DNA of 64,000 nucleotides from Eledone cirrhosa (GCA_964016885.1 OZ024743.1:69378001-69442000); one strand, 5' to 3'. Positions 13,601 to 28,600 are shown, numbered from the stretch's first letter. Numbers and translations are program-made. Notes: generated by a model not told the origin, from the letters alone.

Positions 13601-16130
13601 TAGTTTGGTATATATATTAAGTAGACAGGTGGTGTAGTATGGTTTATATAGTAACTAGAGAACAGGTGTAACGTGGTATATATAGTAATTAGAGAGGTGG
13701 TGTAGTGTGTTATATATAATAAGTAGAGAGATGTGGTGTAGTGTGGTTTATATAGTAACTAGAGAGAGAGGTGGTGTAGTGTGATCTTTATAGTAACTAG
13801 AGAGGTGGTGTAGTATGGTATATATAGTAAGTAGAGAGGTGGTGTAGTGTAGTATATATAGAAACTAGAGGGGTGGTGTAGTGTGGTATATATAGTAACT
13901 AGAGAGGTGGTGTAGTGTGGTATATATAGTAACTAGAGAGGTGGTGTAGTGTAGTATATATAGTAACTAGTGAGGTGGTCTAGTGTAGTATATATAGTAA
14001 CTAGAGAGGAGGTGTAGTGTAGTATATATAGTAACTAGAGAGGTGGTGTAGTGTACAGTATATAGTAAGTAGAGAGGTGGTGTAGTGTGGTATATATAGT
14101 AATTAGTGAGGTGGTGTAGTGTAGTATATATAGTAACTAAAAGGTGGTGTAGTGTGGTATATATAGTAACTAGAGAGGTGGTGTAGTGTAGTATATATAG
14201 TAACTAGTGAGGTGGTCTAGTGTAGTATATATAGTAACTAGAGAGGAGGTGTAGTGTAGTATATATAGTAACTAGAGAGGTGGTGTAGTGTACAGTATAT
14301 AGTAAGTAGAGAGGTGGTGTAGTATGGTATATATAGTAACTAGAGAGGTGGTGTAGTGTAGTATATATATAATAACTAGAGAGGTGGTGTAGTTTGGTAT
14401 ATATAGCAACTAGACAGGCGGTGTAGTGTGGTTTATATAGTAACTAGAGAGGTGGTGTGATGTGGTATATATAGTAATTAGAGAGGTGGTGTAATGTGGT
14501 ATATATAGTAACTAGAGAGGTGGTGTAGTATGGTATATATAGTAACTAGAGAGAGAGGTGGCGTAGTGTGGTATATATAGTAACTAGAGAGGCGGTGTAG
14601 TATGGTATATATAGTAACTAGAGGGGTGGTGTAGTGTGGTATATATAGTAACTAGAGAGGTGGTGTAGTGTGGTATATATAGTAACTAGAGGGGTGGTGT
14701 AGTGTGGCATATATAGTAACTAGAGAGGTGTTGTAGTGTGGTATATATAGTAACTAGAGAGGTGGTGTAGTATGGTATATATAGTAACTAGAGAGGTGGT
14801 GTAGTGTGGTATATATAGTAATTAGAGAGGTGATGTAGTGTGGTATATATAATAACTAGAGAGATGTGGTGTAGTGTGGTTTATATAGTACCTAGAGAGA
14901 GAGGTGGTGTAGTGTTGTATATTTAGTAACTAGAGAGGTGGTGTAGTATGGTATATATACTAAGTAGAGAGTTGGTGTAGTGTGATATATATAGTAACTA
15001 GAGAGGTGGTGTAGTATGGTATATATAGTAACAAGAGAGAGATGGTGTAGTATGGTATATATATACTAACTAGAGAAGTGATGTAGTGTGGTATATATAG
15101 TAACTAGAGAGGGGGTGTAGTATGGTATATATAGTAACTAGAGAGAGGTGGTGTAGTGTGGTAATTATAGTAACTATTGAGAGAGGTGGTGTAGTGTGGT
15201 ATATGTAGTAAAAAGAGAGGTGGTGTAGTGTGGTATATATAGTAACTAGGGCGGTGGTGTAGTTTGGTATATATAGTAACTAGACAGGTGGTGTAGTGTG
15301 GTAAAAATAGTAATTAGAGAAGTGGTGTAAAGTGGTATATATAGTAAGTAGAGAGAGGTGGTGTAGTGTGGTATATATAGTAACTAGAGTGGTGGTGTAG
15401 TGTGGTATATATAGTAACTAGAGGGGTGGTGTAGTGGGGTATATATAGTAACAAGAGAGGTGGTGTAGTGTGGTATATATAGTAACTAGGGTGGTGGTGT
15501 AGTTTGGTATATATAGTAACTAGACAGGTGGTGTAGTGTGGTATAAATAGTAATTAGAGAGGTGGTGTAATGTGGTATATATAGTAAGTAGAGAGAGGTG
15601 GTGTAGTGTGGTATATATGGTAACTAGAGAGGCGGTGTAGTGTGGCATATATAGTAACTAGAGAGGTGGTGTAGTATGGTATATATAGTAACTAGAGAGG
15701 TGGTGTAGTGTGGTAAATATAGTAACTAGAGAGGTGGTATAGTGTGGTATATATAGTAACTAGAGAAAGGTAGTGTAGTGTGGTGTATATAGTAACTAGA
15801 GAGAGATGTGGTGTAGTGTGGTATATATAGTAACTAGAGAGTTGGTGTAGTGTGGTATATATAGTAATTAGAGAGGTGGTGTAGTGTGGTATGTATAGTA
15901 ACTAGAGAGGTGGTGTAGTGTGGTATATATAGTAACTTGAGAGGTGGTTAATGTGGTATTTATATAGTAACTAGAGAGGTGGTGTAGTGTGGTATATATA
16001 GTAACTAGAGAGGTGGTGTAGTTTGGTATATATAGTAACTAGAGAGGTGGTGTAGTGTAGTATATATAGTAACTAGAGAGGTGGTGTAGTGTAGTATATA
16101 TAGTAACTAGAGAGGTGGTGTAGTGTGGTA
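10700..16130 (+). repeat. ~5.4-kb variant block repeated at ~21200-26870 and partly again at 41681-45940
   Basis: ATACCAAG is at 12166/22651 (offset 10485). GTGATCTTTA at 13781/24370 and GTAGTGGGGT at 15431/26020 have offset 10589. Confidence 0.85.
13900..14340 (+). repeat. 237-bp (7-monomer) local tandem duplication
   Basis: TGAGGTGGTCTAG is at 13971 and 14208, each followed by the GGAGGT and TACAGTAT variant monomers. 237 = 7x34 - 1, which matches the 33-bp ACTAAAAGGT monomer near 14140. Confidence 0.85.
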
Positions 16131-18636
16131 TATATAGTAACTAGAGAGGTGGTGTAGTGTAGTATATATAGTAACTAGAGAGGTGGTGTAATGTGGTATA
16201 TATAGTAACTAGAGAGAGGTGGGGTAGTGTGGTATATATAGTAACTATGGAGGTGGTGTAGTGTGGTATATATAGTAACTAGAGAGGTGGTGTAGTGTAG
16301 TAAATATAGTAACTAGAGAAGTGGTGTAGTGTGGTATATATAGTAATTAGTGAGGTGGTGTAGTGTAGTATATATAGTAACTAAAGAGGTGGTGTAGTGT
16401 GGTATATATAGTAACTAGAGAGGTTGTGTAGTGTAGTATATATAGTAACTAGAGAGGTGGTCTAGTGTAGTATATATAGTAACTAGAGAGGAGGTGTAGT
16501 GTAGTATATATAGTTACTAGAGATGTGGTGTAGTGTACAGTATATAGTAAGTAGAGAGGTGGTGTAGTGTGGTATATATAGTAACTAGAGAGGTGGTGTA
16601 GTGTAGTATATATATAGTAACTAGAGAGGTGGTGTAGTTTGGTATATATAGCAACTAGACAGGCGGTGTAGTGTGGTTTATATAGTAACTAGAGAGGTGG
16701 TGTGATGTGGTATATATAGTAATTAGAGAGGTGGTGTAATGTGGTATATATAGTAACTAGAGAGGTGGTGTAGTGTAGTATATATAGTAACTAGAGAGGT
16801 GGTGTAGTGTAGTATATATAGTAACTAGAGAGGTGGTGTAGTGTAGTATATATAGTAACTAGAGAGGTGGTGTAGTGTGATATATATAGTAACTAGAGAG
16901 AGGTGGGGTAGTGTGGTATATATAGTAACTAGAGAGGTGGTGTAGTGTGGTATATATAGTAACTAGAGAGGTGGTGTAGTGTGGTATATATAGTAACTAG
17001 AGAGGTGGTGTAGTGTGGTATATATAGTAACTTGAGAGGTGGTGTAGTGTGGTATTTATATAGTAACTAGAGAGGTGGTGTAGTGTGGTATATATAGTAA
17101 CTAGAGAGGTGGTGTAGTGTGGTATATATAGTAACTAAAGAGGTGGTGTAGTGTAGTATATATAGTAACTAGAGAGGTGGTGTAGTGTAGTATATATAGT
17201 AACTAGAGAGGTGGTGTAGTGTAGTATATATAGTAACTAGAGAGGTGGTGTAGTGTGGTATATATAGTAACTAGAGAGAGGTGGGGTAGTGTGGTATATA
17301 TAGTAACTAGAGAGGTGGTGTAGTGTGGTATATATAGTAACTAGAGAGAGGTGGTGTAGTGTGGTATATATAGTAACTATAGAGGTGGTGTAGTGTAGTA
17401 TATATAGTAACTAGAGAGGTGGTGTAGTGTAGTATATATAGTAACTAGAGAGGTGGTGTAGTTTGGTATATATAGTAAATAGAGAGGTGGTGTAGTATGG
17501 TATATATAGTAACTAGAGGGGTGATGTAGTGTGGTATATATAGTATTTAGAGAGGTGGTGTAGTGTGGTATATATAGTAACTAGAGAGAGGTTGGGTAGT
17601 GTGGTAAATATAGTAACTAGAGAGAGAGGGTGTGTAGTGTGGTATATATAGTAACTAGAGAGTTGGTGTAAAATGTGTATATATAGTAATTAGAGAGGTG
17701 GTGTAGTGTGGTATATATAGTAACAAGAGAGGTGGTGTAGTGTGGTTTATATAGTAACTAGGGAGGTGGTGTAGTTTGGTATATATAGTAAGTAGACATG
17801 TGGTGTAGTATGGTTTATATAGTAACTAGAGAACAGGTGTAACGTGGTATATATAGTAATTAGAGAGGTGGTGTAGTGTGTTATATATAATAAGTAGAGA
17901 GATGTGGTGTAGTGTGGTTTATATAGTAACTAGAGAGAGAGGTGGTGTAGTGTGGTATATATAGTAACTAGAGAGGTGGTGTAGTATGGTATATATAGTA
18001 ACTAGATAGGTGGTGTGGTGTGGTATATATAGTAACTTGAGAGGTGGTGTAGTGTGGTATATATAGTAACTAGAGAGGTCCTGTAGTGTGGTATATATAG
18101 TAACTAGAGGGGCGGTGTAGTGTGGTATATATAGTAATTAGAGAGGTGGTGTAGTGTGGTATATATAGTAACTAGAGAGGTGGTGTAGTGTGGTATATAT
18201 AGTAACTTGAGAGGTGGTGTAGTGTGGTATATATAGTAACTAGAGAGGTGGTGTAGTGTAGTATATATAGAAACTAGAGGGGTGGTGTAGTGTGGTATAT
18301 ATAGTAACTAGAGAGGTGGTGTAGTGTGGTATATATAGTAACTAGAGAGGTGGTGTAGTGTAGTATATATAGTAACTAGAGAGGTGGTGTAGTGTAGTAT
18401 ATATAGTAACTAGAGAGGTGGTGTAATGTGGTATTTATAGTAACTAGAGAGAGGTGGGGTAGTGTGGTATATATAGTAACTATGGAGGTGGTGTAGTGTG
18501 GTATATATAGTAACTAGAGAGGTGGTGTAGTGTAGTAAATATAGTAACTAGAGAAGTGGTGTAGTGTGGTATATATAGTAATTAGTGAGGTGGTGTAGTG
18601 TAGTATATATAGTAACTAGAGAGGTGGTGTAGTGTG

Positions 18637-21600
18637 GTATATATAGTAACTAGAGAGGTGGTGTAGTGTAGTATATATAGTAACTAGAGAGGTCGTCTAG
18701 TGTAGTATATATAGTAACTAGAGAGGAGGTGTAGTATATATAGTAACTATAGAGGTGGTGTAGTGTAGTATATATAGTAACTAGAGAGGTGGTGTAGTGT
18801 AGTATATATAGTAACTAGAGAGGTGGTGTAGTTTGGTATATATAGTAACTAGAGAGGTGGTGTAGTATGGTATATATAGTAACTAGAGGGTTGGTGTAGT
18901 GTGGTATATATAGTATTTAGAGAGGTGGTGTAGTGTGGTATATATAGTAACTAGAGAGAGGTTGTGTAGTGTGGTAAATATAGTAACTAGAGAGAGAGGG
19001 TGTGTAGTGTGGTATATATAGTAACTAGAGAGTTGGTGTAATGTGGTATATATAGTAATTAGAGAGGTGGTGTAGTGTGGTATATATAGTAACTAGAGAG
19101 GTGGTGTAGTGTGGTTTATATAGTAACTAGGGAGGTCGTGTAGTTTGGTATATATAGTAAGTAGACAGGTGGTGTAGTATGGTTTATATAGTAACTAGAG
19201 AACAGGTGTAACGTGGTATATATAGTAATTAGAGAGGTGGTGTAGTGTGTTATATATAATAAGTAGAGAGATGTGGTGTAGTGTGGTTTATATAGTAACT
19301 AGAGAGAGAGGTGGTGTAGTGTGGTATATATAGTAACTAGAGAGGTGGTATAGTATGGTATATATAGTAACTAGAGAGGTGGTGTGGTAAATATAGTAAC
19401 TAGAGAGGTGGTGTAGTGTGGTATATATAGTAACTGGAGAGGTGGTGTAGTGTGGTATATATAGTAACTAGAGGGGTGGTGTAGTGTGGTATATATAGTA
19501 ATTAGAGAGGTGGTGTAGTGTGGTATATATAGTAACTAGAGAGGTGGTGTAGTGTGGTATACATAGTAACTTGAGAGGTGGTGTAGTGTGGTATATATAG
19601 TAACTAGAGAGGTGGTGTAGTGTTGTATATATAGAAATTAGAGGGGTGGTGTAGTGTGGTATATATAGTAACTAGAGAGGTGGTGTAGTGTGGTATATAT
19701 AGTAACTAGAGAGGTAGTGTAGTGTAGTATATATAATAACTAGAGAGGTGGTGTAGTGTAGTATATATAGTAACTAGAGAGGTGGTGTAATGTGGTATAT
19801 ATAGTAACTAGAGAGAGGTGGGGTAGTGTGGTATATATAGTAACTATGGAGGTGGTGTAGTGTGGTATATATAGTAACTAGAGAGGTGGTGTAGTGTAGT
19901 AAATATAGTAAATAAAAAAGTGGTGTAGTGTGGTATATATAGTAATTAGTGAGGTGGTGTAGTGTAGTATATATAGTAACTAAAGAGGTGGTGTAGTGTG
20001 GTATATATAGTAACTAGAGAGGTTGTGTAGTGTAGTATATATAGTAACTAGAGAGGTGGTCTAGTGTAGTATATATAGTAACTAGAGAGGAGGTGTAGTG
20101 TAGTATATATAGTTACTAGAGATGTGGTGTAGTGTACAGTATATAGTAAGTAGAGAGGTGGTGTAGTGTGGTATATATAGTAACTAGAGAGGTGGTGTAG
20201 TGTAGTATATATATAGTAACTAGAGAGGTGGTGTAGTTTGGTATATATAGCAACTAGACAGGCGGTGTAGTGTGGTTTATATAGTAACTAGAGAGGTGGT
20301 GTGATGTGGTATATATAGTAATTAGAGAGGTGGTGTAATGTGGTATATATAGTAACTAGAGAGGTGGTGTAGTATGGTATATATAGTAACTAGAGAGGTG
20401 GTGTAGTGTGGTATATATAATAAATAGAGATATGTGGTGTAGTGTGGTTTATATAGTAACTAGAGAGAGAGGTGGTGTAGTGTGGTATATATAGTAACTA
20501 GAGAGGTTGTGTAGTGTAGTATATATAGTAACTAGAGAGGTGGTGTAGTGTAGTATATATAGTAACTAGAGAGGTCGTCTAGTGTAGTATATATAGTAAC
20601 TAGAGAGGAGGTGTAGTATATATAGTAACTATAGAGGTGGTGTAGTGTAGTATATATAGTAACTAGAGAGGTGGTGTAGTGTAGTATATATAGTAACTAG
20701 AGAGGTGGTGTAGTTTGGTATATATAGTAACTAGAGAGGTGGTGTAGTATGGTATATATAGTAACTAGAGGGTTGGTGTAGTGTGGTATATATAGTATTT
20801 AGAGAGGTGGTGTAGTGTGGTATATATAGTAACTAGAGAGAGGTTGTGTAGTGTGGTAAATATAGTAACTAGAGAGAGAGGGTGTGTAGTGTGGTATATA
20901 TAGTAACTAGAGAGTTGGTGTAATGTGGTATATATAGTAATTAGAGAGGTGGTGTAGTGTGGTATATATAGTAACTAGAGAGGTGGTGTAGTGTGGTTTA
21001 TATAGTAACTAGGGAGGTCGTGTAGTTTGGTATATATAGTAAGTAGACAGGTGGTGTAGTATGGTTTATATAGTAACTAGAGAACAGGTGTAACGTGGTA
21101 TATATAGTAATTAGAGAGGTGGTGTAGTGTGTTATATATAATAAGTAGAGAGATGTGGTGTAGTGTGGTTTATATAGTAACTAGAGAGAGAGGTGGTGTA
21201 GTGTGGTATATATAGTAACTAGAGAGGTGGTATAGTATGGTATATATAGTAACTAGAGAGGTGGTGTGGTAAATATAGTAACTAGAGAGGTGGTGTAGTG
21301 TGGTATATATAGTAACTGGAGAGGTGGTGTAGTGTGGTATATATAGTAACTAGAGGGGTGGTGTAGTGTGGTATATATAGTAATTAGAGAGGTGGTGTAG
21401 TGTGGTATATATAGTAACTAGAGAGGTGGTGTAGTGTGGTATACATAGTAACTTGAGAGGTGGTGTAGTGTGGTATATATAGTAACTAGAGAGGTGGTGT
21501 AGTGTTGTATATATAGAAATTAGAGGGGTGGTGTAGTGTGGTATATATAGTAACTAGAGAGGTGGTGTAGTGTGGTATATATAGTAACTAGAGAGGTAGT

Positions 21601-22355
21601 GTAGTGTAGTATATATAATAACTAGAGAGGTGGTGTAGTGTAGTATATATAGTAACTAGAGAGGTGGTGTAATGTGGTATATATAGTAACTAGAGAGAGG
21701 TGGGGTAGTGTGGTATATATAGTAACTATGGAGGTGGTGTAGTGTGGTATATATAGTAACTAGAGAGGTGGTGTAGTGTAGTAAATATAGTAAATAAAAA
21801 AGTGGTGTAGTGTGGTATATATAGTAATTAGTGAGGTGGTGTAGTGTAGTATATATAGTAACTAAAGAGGTGGTGTAGTGTGGTATATATAGTAACTAGA
21901 GAGGTTGTGTAGTGTAGTATATATAGTAACTAGAGAGGTGGTCTAGTGTAGTATATATAGTAACTAGAGAGGAGGTGTAGTGTAGTATATATAGTTACTA
22001 GAGATGTGGTGTAGTGTACAGTATATAGTAAGTAGAGAGGTGGTGTAGTGTGGTATATATAGTAACTAGAGAGGTGGTGTAGTGTAGTATATATATAGTA
22101 ACTAGAGAGGTGGTGTAGTTTGGTTTATATAGTAACTAGAGAGGTGGTGTGATGTGGTATATATAGTAATTAGAGAGGTGGTGTAATGTGGTATATATAG
22201 TAACTAGAGAGGTGGTGTAGTATGGTATATATAGTAACTAGAGAGGTGGTGTAGTGTGGTATATATAATAAATAGAGATATGTGGTGTAGTGTGGTTTAT
22301 ATAGTAACTAGAGAGAGAGGTGGTGTAGTGTGGTATATATAGTAACTAGAGAGGT
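18637..22355 (+). repeat. Tandem duplication of a 1,882-bp block (~55 monomers)
   Basis: GGTCGTCT is at 18691/20573, CTGGAGAGG at 19434/21316 and AATAAAAAAG at 19911/21793, all offset 1882. The offset falls to 1848 after about 22120. Confidence 0.92.
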
Positions 22356-22610
22356 GGTGTAGTGTGGTATATATAGTAACTAGAGGGGTGGTGTAGTGTG
22401 GCATATATAGTAACTAGAGAGGTGTTGTAGTGTGGTATATATAGTAACTAGAGAGGTGGTGTAGTATGGTATATATAGTAACTAGAGAGGTGGTGTAGTG
22501 TGGTATATATAGTAATTAGAGAGGTGATGTAGTGTGGTATATATAATAACTAGAGAGATGTGGTGTAGTGTGGTTTATATAGTACCTAGAGAGAGAGGTG
22601 GTGTAGTGTT

Positions 22611-25600
22611 GTATATATAGTAACTAGAGAGGTGGTGTAGTATGGTATATATACCAAGTAGAGAGTTGGTGTAGTGTGATATATATAGTAACTAGAGAGG
22701 TGGTGTAGTATGGTATATATAGTAACAAGAGAGAGATGGTGTAGTATGGTATATATATACTAACTAGAGAAGTGATGTAGTGTGGTATATATAGTAACTA
22801 GAGAGGGGGTGTAGTATGGTATATATAGTAACTAGAGAGAGGTGGTGTAGTGTGGTAATTATAGTAACTATTGAGAGAGGTGGTGTAGTGTGGTATATAT
22901 AGTAACAAGAGAGGTGGTGTAGTGTGGTATATATAGTAACTAGGGAGGTGGTGTAGTTTGGTATATATAGTAACTAGACAGGTGGTGTAGTGTGGTAAAA
23001 ATAGTAATTAGAGAAGTGGGGTAAAGTGGTATATATAGTAAGTAGAGAGAGGTGGTGTAGTGTGGTATATATAGTAACTAGAGAGGTGGTGTAGTGTGGT
23101 ATATATAGTAACTAGAGAGGTGGTGTAGTGTGGTATACATAGTAAATTGAGAGGTGGTGTAGTGTGGTATATATAGTAACTAGAGATGTGGTGTAGTGTA
23201 GTATATATAGAAACTAGAGGGGTGGTGTAGTGTGGTATATATAGTAAGTAGAGAGGTGGTGTAGTGTGGTATATATAGTAACTAGAGAGGTGGTGTAGTG
23301 TAGTATATATAGTAACTAGAGAGGTGGTGTAGTGTAGTATATATAGTAACTAGAGAGGTGGTGTAATGTGGTATATATATTAACTAGAGAGAGGTGGGGT
23401 AGTGTGGTATATATAGTAACTATGGAGGTGGTGTAGTGTGGTACATATAGTAACTAGAGAGGTGGTGTAGTGTAGTAAATATAGTAACTAGAGAAGTGGT
23501 GTAGTGTGGTATATATAGTAATTAGTGAGGTGGTGTAGTGTAGTATATATAGTAACTAGAGATGTGGTGTAGTGTGGTATATATAGTAACTAGAGAGGTG
23601 GTGTAGTGTAGTATATATAGTAACTAGAGAGGTGGTCTAGTGTAGTATATATAGTAACTAGAGTGGAGGTGTAGTGTAGTATATATAGTAACTAGAGAGG
23701 TGGTGTAGTGTAGAGTATATAGTAACTAGAGAGGTGGTGTAGTGTGGTATATATAGTGACTAGTGAGAGGTGGTGTAGTGTGGTATATATAGTAACTATA
23801 GAGGTGGTGTAGTGTAGTATATATAGTAACTAGAGAGGTGGTGTAGTGTAGTATATATAGTAACTAGAGAGGTGGTGTAGTTTGGTATATATAGTAACTA
23901 GAGAGGTGGTGTAGTATGGTATATATAGTAACTAGAGGGGTGGTGTAGTGTTGTATATATAGTATTTAGAGAGGTGGTGTAGTGTGGTATATATAGTAAC
24001 TAGAGAGAGGTTGTGTAGTGTGGTAAATATAGTAACTAGAGAGAGAGGGTGTGTAGTGTGGTATATATAGTAACTAGAGAGTTGGTGTAATGTGGTATAT
24101 ATAGTAATTAGAGAGGTGGTGTAGTGTGGTATATATAGTAACTAGAGAGGTGGTGCAGTGTGGTTTATATAGTAACTAGGGAGGTCGTGTAGTTTGGTAT
24201 ATATATTAAGTAGACAGGTGGTGTAGTATGGTTTATATAGTAACTAGAGAACAGGTGTAACGTGGTATATATAGTAATTAGAGAGGTGGTGTAGTGTGTT
24301 ATATATAATAAGTAGAGAGATGTGGTGTAGTGTGGTTTATATAGTAACTAGAGAGAGAGGTGGTGTAGTGTGATCTTTATAGTAACTAGAGAGGTGGTGT
24401 AGTATGGTATATATAGTAAGTAGAGAGGTGGTGTAGTGTAGTATATATAGAAACTAGAGGGGTGGTGTAGTGTGGTATATATAGTAACTAGAGAGGTGGT
24501 GTAGTGTGGTATATATAGTAACTAGAGAGGTGGTGTAGTGTAGTATATATAGTAACTAGTGAGATGGTCTAGTGTAGTATATATAGTAACTAGAGAGGAG
24601 GTGTAGTGTAGTATATATAGTAACTAGAGAGGTGGTGTAGTGTACAGTATATAGTAAGTAGAGAGGTGGTGTAGTGTGGTATATATAGTAATTAGTGAGG
24701 TGGTGTAGTGTAGTATATATAGTAACTAAAAGGTGGTGTAGTGTGGTATATATAGTAACTAGAGAGGTGGTGTAGTGTAGTATATATAGTAACTAGTGAG
24801 GTGGTCTAGTGTAGTATATATAGTAACTAGAGAGGAGGTGTAGTGTAGTATATATAGTAACTAGAGAGGTGGTGTAGTGTAGAGTATATAGTAAGTAGAG
24901 AGGTGGTGTAGTGTGGTATATATAGTAACTAGAGAGGTGGTGTAGTGTAGTATATATATAATAACTAGAGAGGTGGTGTAGTTTGGTATATATAGCAACT
25001 AGACAGGCGGTGTAGTGTGGTTTATATAGTAACTAGAGAGGTGGTGTGATGTGGTATATATAGTAATTAGAGAGGTGGTGTAATGTGGTATATATAGTAA
25101 CTAGAGAGGTGGTGTAGTATGGTATATATAGTAACTAGAGAGAGAGGTGGCGTAGTGTGGTATATATAGTAACTAGAGAGGTGGTGTAGTATGGTATATA
25201 TAGTAACTAGAGGGGTGGTGTAGTGTGGTATATATAGTAACTAGAGAGGTGGTGTAGTGTGGTATATATAGTAACTAGAGGGGTGGTGTAGTGTGGCATA
25301 TATAGTAACTAGAGAGGTGTTGTAGTGTGGTATATATAGTAACTAGAGAGGTGGTGTAGTATGGTATATATAGTAACTAGAGAGGTGGTGTAGTGTGGTA
25401 TATATAGTAATTAGAGAGGTGATGTAGTGTGGTATATATAATAACTAGAGAGATGTGGTGTAGTGTGGTTTATATAGTACCTAGAGAGAGAGGTGGTGTA
25501 GTGTTGTATATATAGTAACTAGAGAGGTGGTGTAGTATGGTATATATACTAAGTAGAGAGTTGGTGTAGTGTGATATATATAGTAACTAGAGAGGTGGTG

Positions 25601-28600
25601 TAGTATGGTATATATAGTAACAAGAGAGAGATGGTGTAGTATGGTATATATATACTAACTAGAGAAGTGATGTAGTGTGGTATATATAGTAACTAGAGAG
25701 GGGGTGTAGTATGGTATATATAGTAACTAGAGAGAGGTGGTGTAGTGTGGTAATTATAGTAACTATTGAGAGAGGTGGTGTAGTGTGGTATATGTAGTAA
25801 AAAGAGAGGTGGTGTAGTGTGGTATATATAGTAACTAGGGAGGTGGTGTAGTTTGGTATATATAGTAACTAGACAGGTGGTGTAGTGTGGTAAAAATAGT
25901 AATTAGAGAAGTGGTGTAAAGTGGTATATATAGTAAGTAGAGAGAGGTGGTGTAGTGTGGTATATATAGTAACTAGAGTGGTGGTGTAGTGTGGTATATA
26001 TAGTAACTAGAGGGGTGGTGTAGTGGGGTATATATAGTAACAAGAGAGGTGGTGTAGTGTGGTATATATAGTAACTAGGGTGGTGGTGTAGTTTGGTATA
26101 TATAGTAACTAGACAGGTGGTGTAGTGTGGTATAAATAGTAATTAGAGAGGTGGTGTAATGTGGTATATATAGTAACTTGAGAGGTGGTTAATGTGGTAT
26201 TCATATAGTAACTAGAGAGGTGGTGTAGTGTGGTATATATAGTAACTAGAGAGGTGGTGTAGTTTGGTATATATAGTAACTAGAGAGGTGGTGTAGTGTA
26301 GTATATATAGTAACTAGAGAGAGGTTGGGTAGTGTGGTATATATGGTAACTAGAGAGGCGGTGTAGTGTGGCATATATAGTAACTAGAGAGGTGGTGTAG
26401 TATGGTATATATAGTAACTAGAGAGGTGGTGTAGTGTGGTAAATATAGTAACTAGAGAGGTGGTATAGTGTGGTATATATAGTAACTAGAGAAAGGTGGT
26501 GTAGTGTGGTGTATATAGTAACTAGAGAGAGATGTGGTGTAGTGTGGTATATATAGTAACTAGAGAGTTGGTGTAGTGTGGTATATATAGTAATTAGAGA
26601 GGTGGTGTAGTGTGGTATGTATAGTAACTAGAGAGGTGGTGTAGTGTGGTATATATAGTAACTTGAGAGGTGGTTAATGTGGTATTTATATAGTAACTAG
26701 AGAGGTGGTGTAGTGTGGTATATATAGTAACTAGAGAGGTGGTGTAGTTTGGTATATATAGTAACTAGAGAGGTGGTGTAGTGTAGTATATATAGTAACT
26801 AGAGAGGTGGTGTAGTGTAGTATATATAGTAACTAGAGAGGTGGTGTAGTGTGGTATATATAGTAACTAGAGAGAGGTTGGGTAGTGTGGTATATATAGT
26901 AACTAGAGAGGTGGTGTTGTGTGGTATACATAGTAACTAGAGAGAGGTGGTGTAGTGTGGTATATATAGTAACTAGATAGAGGTTGTGTAGTGTGGTAAA
27001 TATAGTAACTAGAGAGTTGGTGTAATGTGGTATATATAGTAATTAGAGAGGTGGTGTAGTGTGGTATATATAGTAACTAGAGAGGTGGTGTAGTGTGGTT
27101 TATATAGTAACTAGGGAGGTGGTGTAGTTTGGTATATATAGTAACTAGACAGGTGGTGTAGTATGGTTTATATAGTAACTAGAGAGAGAGAGGTGGTGTA
27201 ATGTGGTATATATAGTAACTAGAGAGGTGGTGTAGTATGGTATATATAGTAACTAGAGAGGTGGTGTGGTGTGGTATATATAGTAACTAGAGAGGTGGTG
27301 TAGTGTGGTATATATAGTAACTAGAGAGGTGGTGTAGTGTGGTATATATAGTAACTAGAGGGGTGGTGTAGTATGGTATATATAGTAACTATTGAGTTGG
27401 TGTAGTGTGATATATATAGTAACTAGAGAGGTGGTGTAGTATGCTATATATAGTAACTAGAGAGGTGGTGTAGTGTGGTATGTATAGTAACTAGAGAGGT
27501 GGTGTAGTATGGTATATATAGTAACTAGAGAGGTGGTGTAGTTTGCTATATATAGTAAATAGACAGGTGGTGTAGTGTGGTAAAAATAGTAATTAGAGTG
27601 GTGATGTAAAGTGGTATATATAGTAAGTAGAGAGAGGTGGTGTAGTGTGGTATATATAGTAACTAGAGAGGTGGTGTAGTGTGGTATATATAGTAACTAG
27701 AGGGGTGGTGTAGTGTGGTATATATAGTAACTACAGGGGTGTTGTAGTGTGGTATATATAGTAACTAGAGAGGTAATATAGTGTGGTATAAATAGTAATT
27801 AGAGAGGTGGTGTAATGTGGTATATATAGTAAGTAGAGAGAGGTGGTGTAGTGTGGTATATATAGTAACTAGAAAGGTGGCGTAGTGTAGTACATATAGT
27901 AACTAGAGAGTGAGGTTGTGTAGTGTGGTATATATGGTAACTAGAGAGGTGGTGTAGTATGGTATATATAGTAACTAGAGAGGTGGTGTAGTGTGGTAAA
28001 TATAGTAACTAGAGAGGTGGTATAGTGTGGTATATATAGGAACTAGAGAAAGGTGGTGTAGTGTGGTATATATAGTAACTAGAGTGTTGGTGTAGTGTGG
28101 TATATATATAGTAATTAGAGAGGTGGTGTAGTGTGGTATATATAGTAACTAGAGAGGTGGTGTAGTGTGGTATATATAGTAACTTGAGAGCTGGTGTAGT
28201 GTGGTATTTATATAGTAACTAGAGAGGTGGTGTAGTGTACTATATATAGTAACTAGAGAGGTGGTGTAGTGTAGTATATATAGTAACTAGAGAGGTGGTG
28301 TAGTGTGGTATATATAATAACTAGAGAGAGGTGGGCTAGTGTGGTATATATAGTAACTAGAGAGGTGGTGTAGTGTGGTATATATAGTAACTAGAGAGAG
28401 GTGGTGTAGTGCGGTATATATAGTAACAAGAGAGAGGTTGTGTAGTGTGGTAAATATAGTAACTATAGAGAGAGGGTGAGTAGTGTGGTATATATAGTAA
28501 CTAGAGAGTTGGTGTAATGTGGTATATATAGTAATTAGAGAGATGGTGTAGTGTGGTATATATAGTAACTAGAGAGGTGGTGTAGTGTGGTGTATATAGT

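Noticed and set aside
19905-19925. AATAAAAAAG as a polyadenylation signal or retro-insertion tail (also at 21793)
   Set aside because: Monomer length is unchanged. It is a cluster of substitutions in ACTAGAGAAG with no insertion or target-site duplication.
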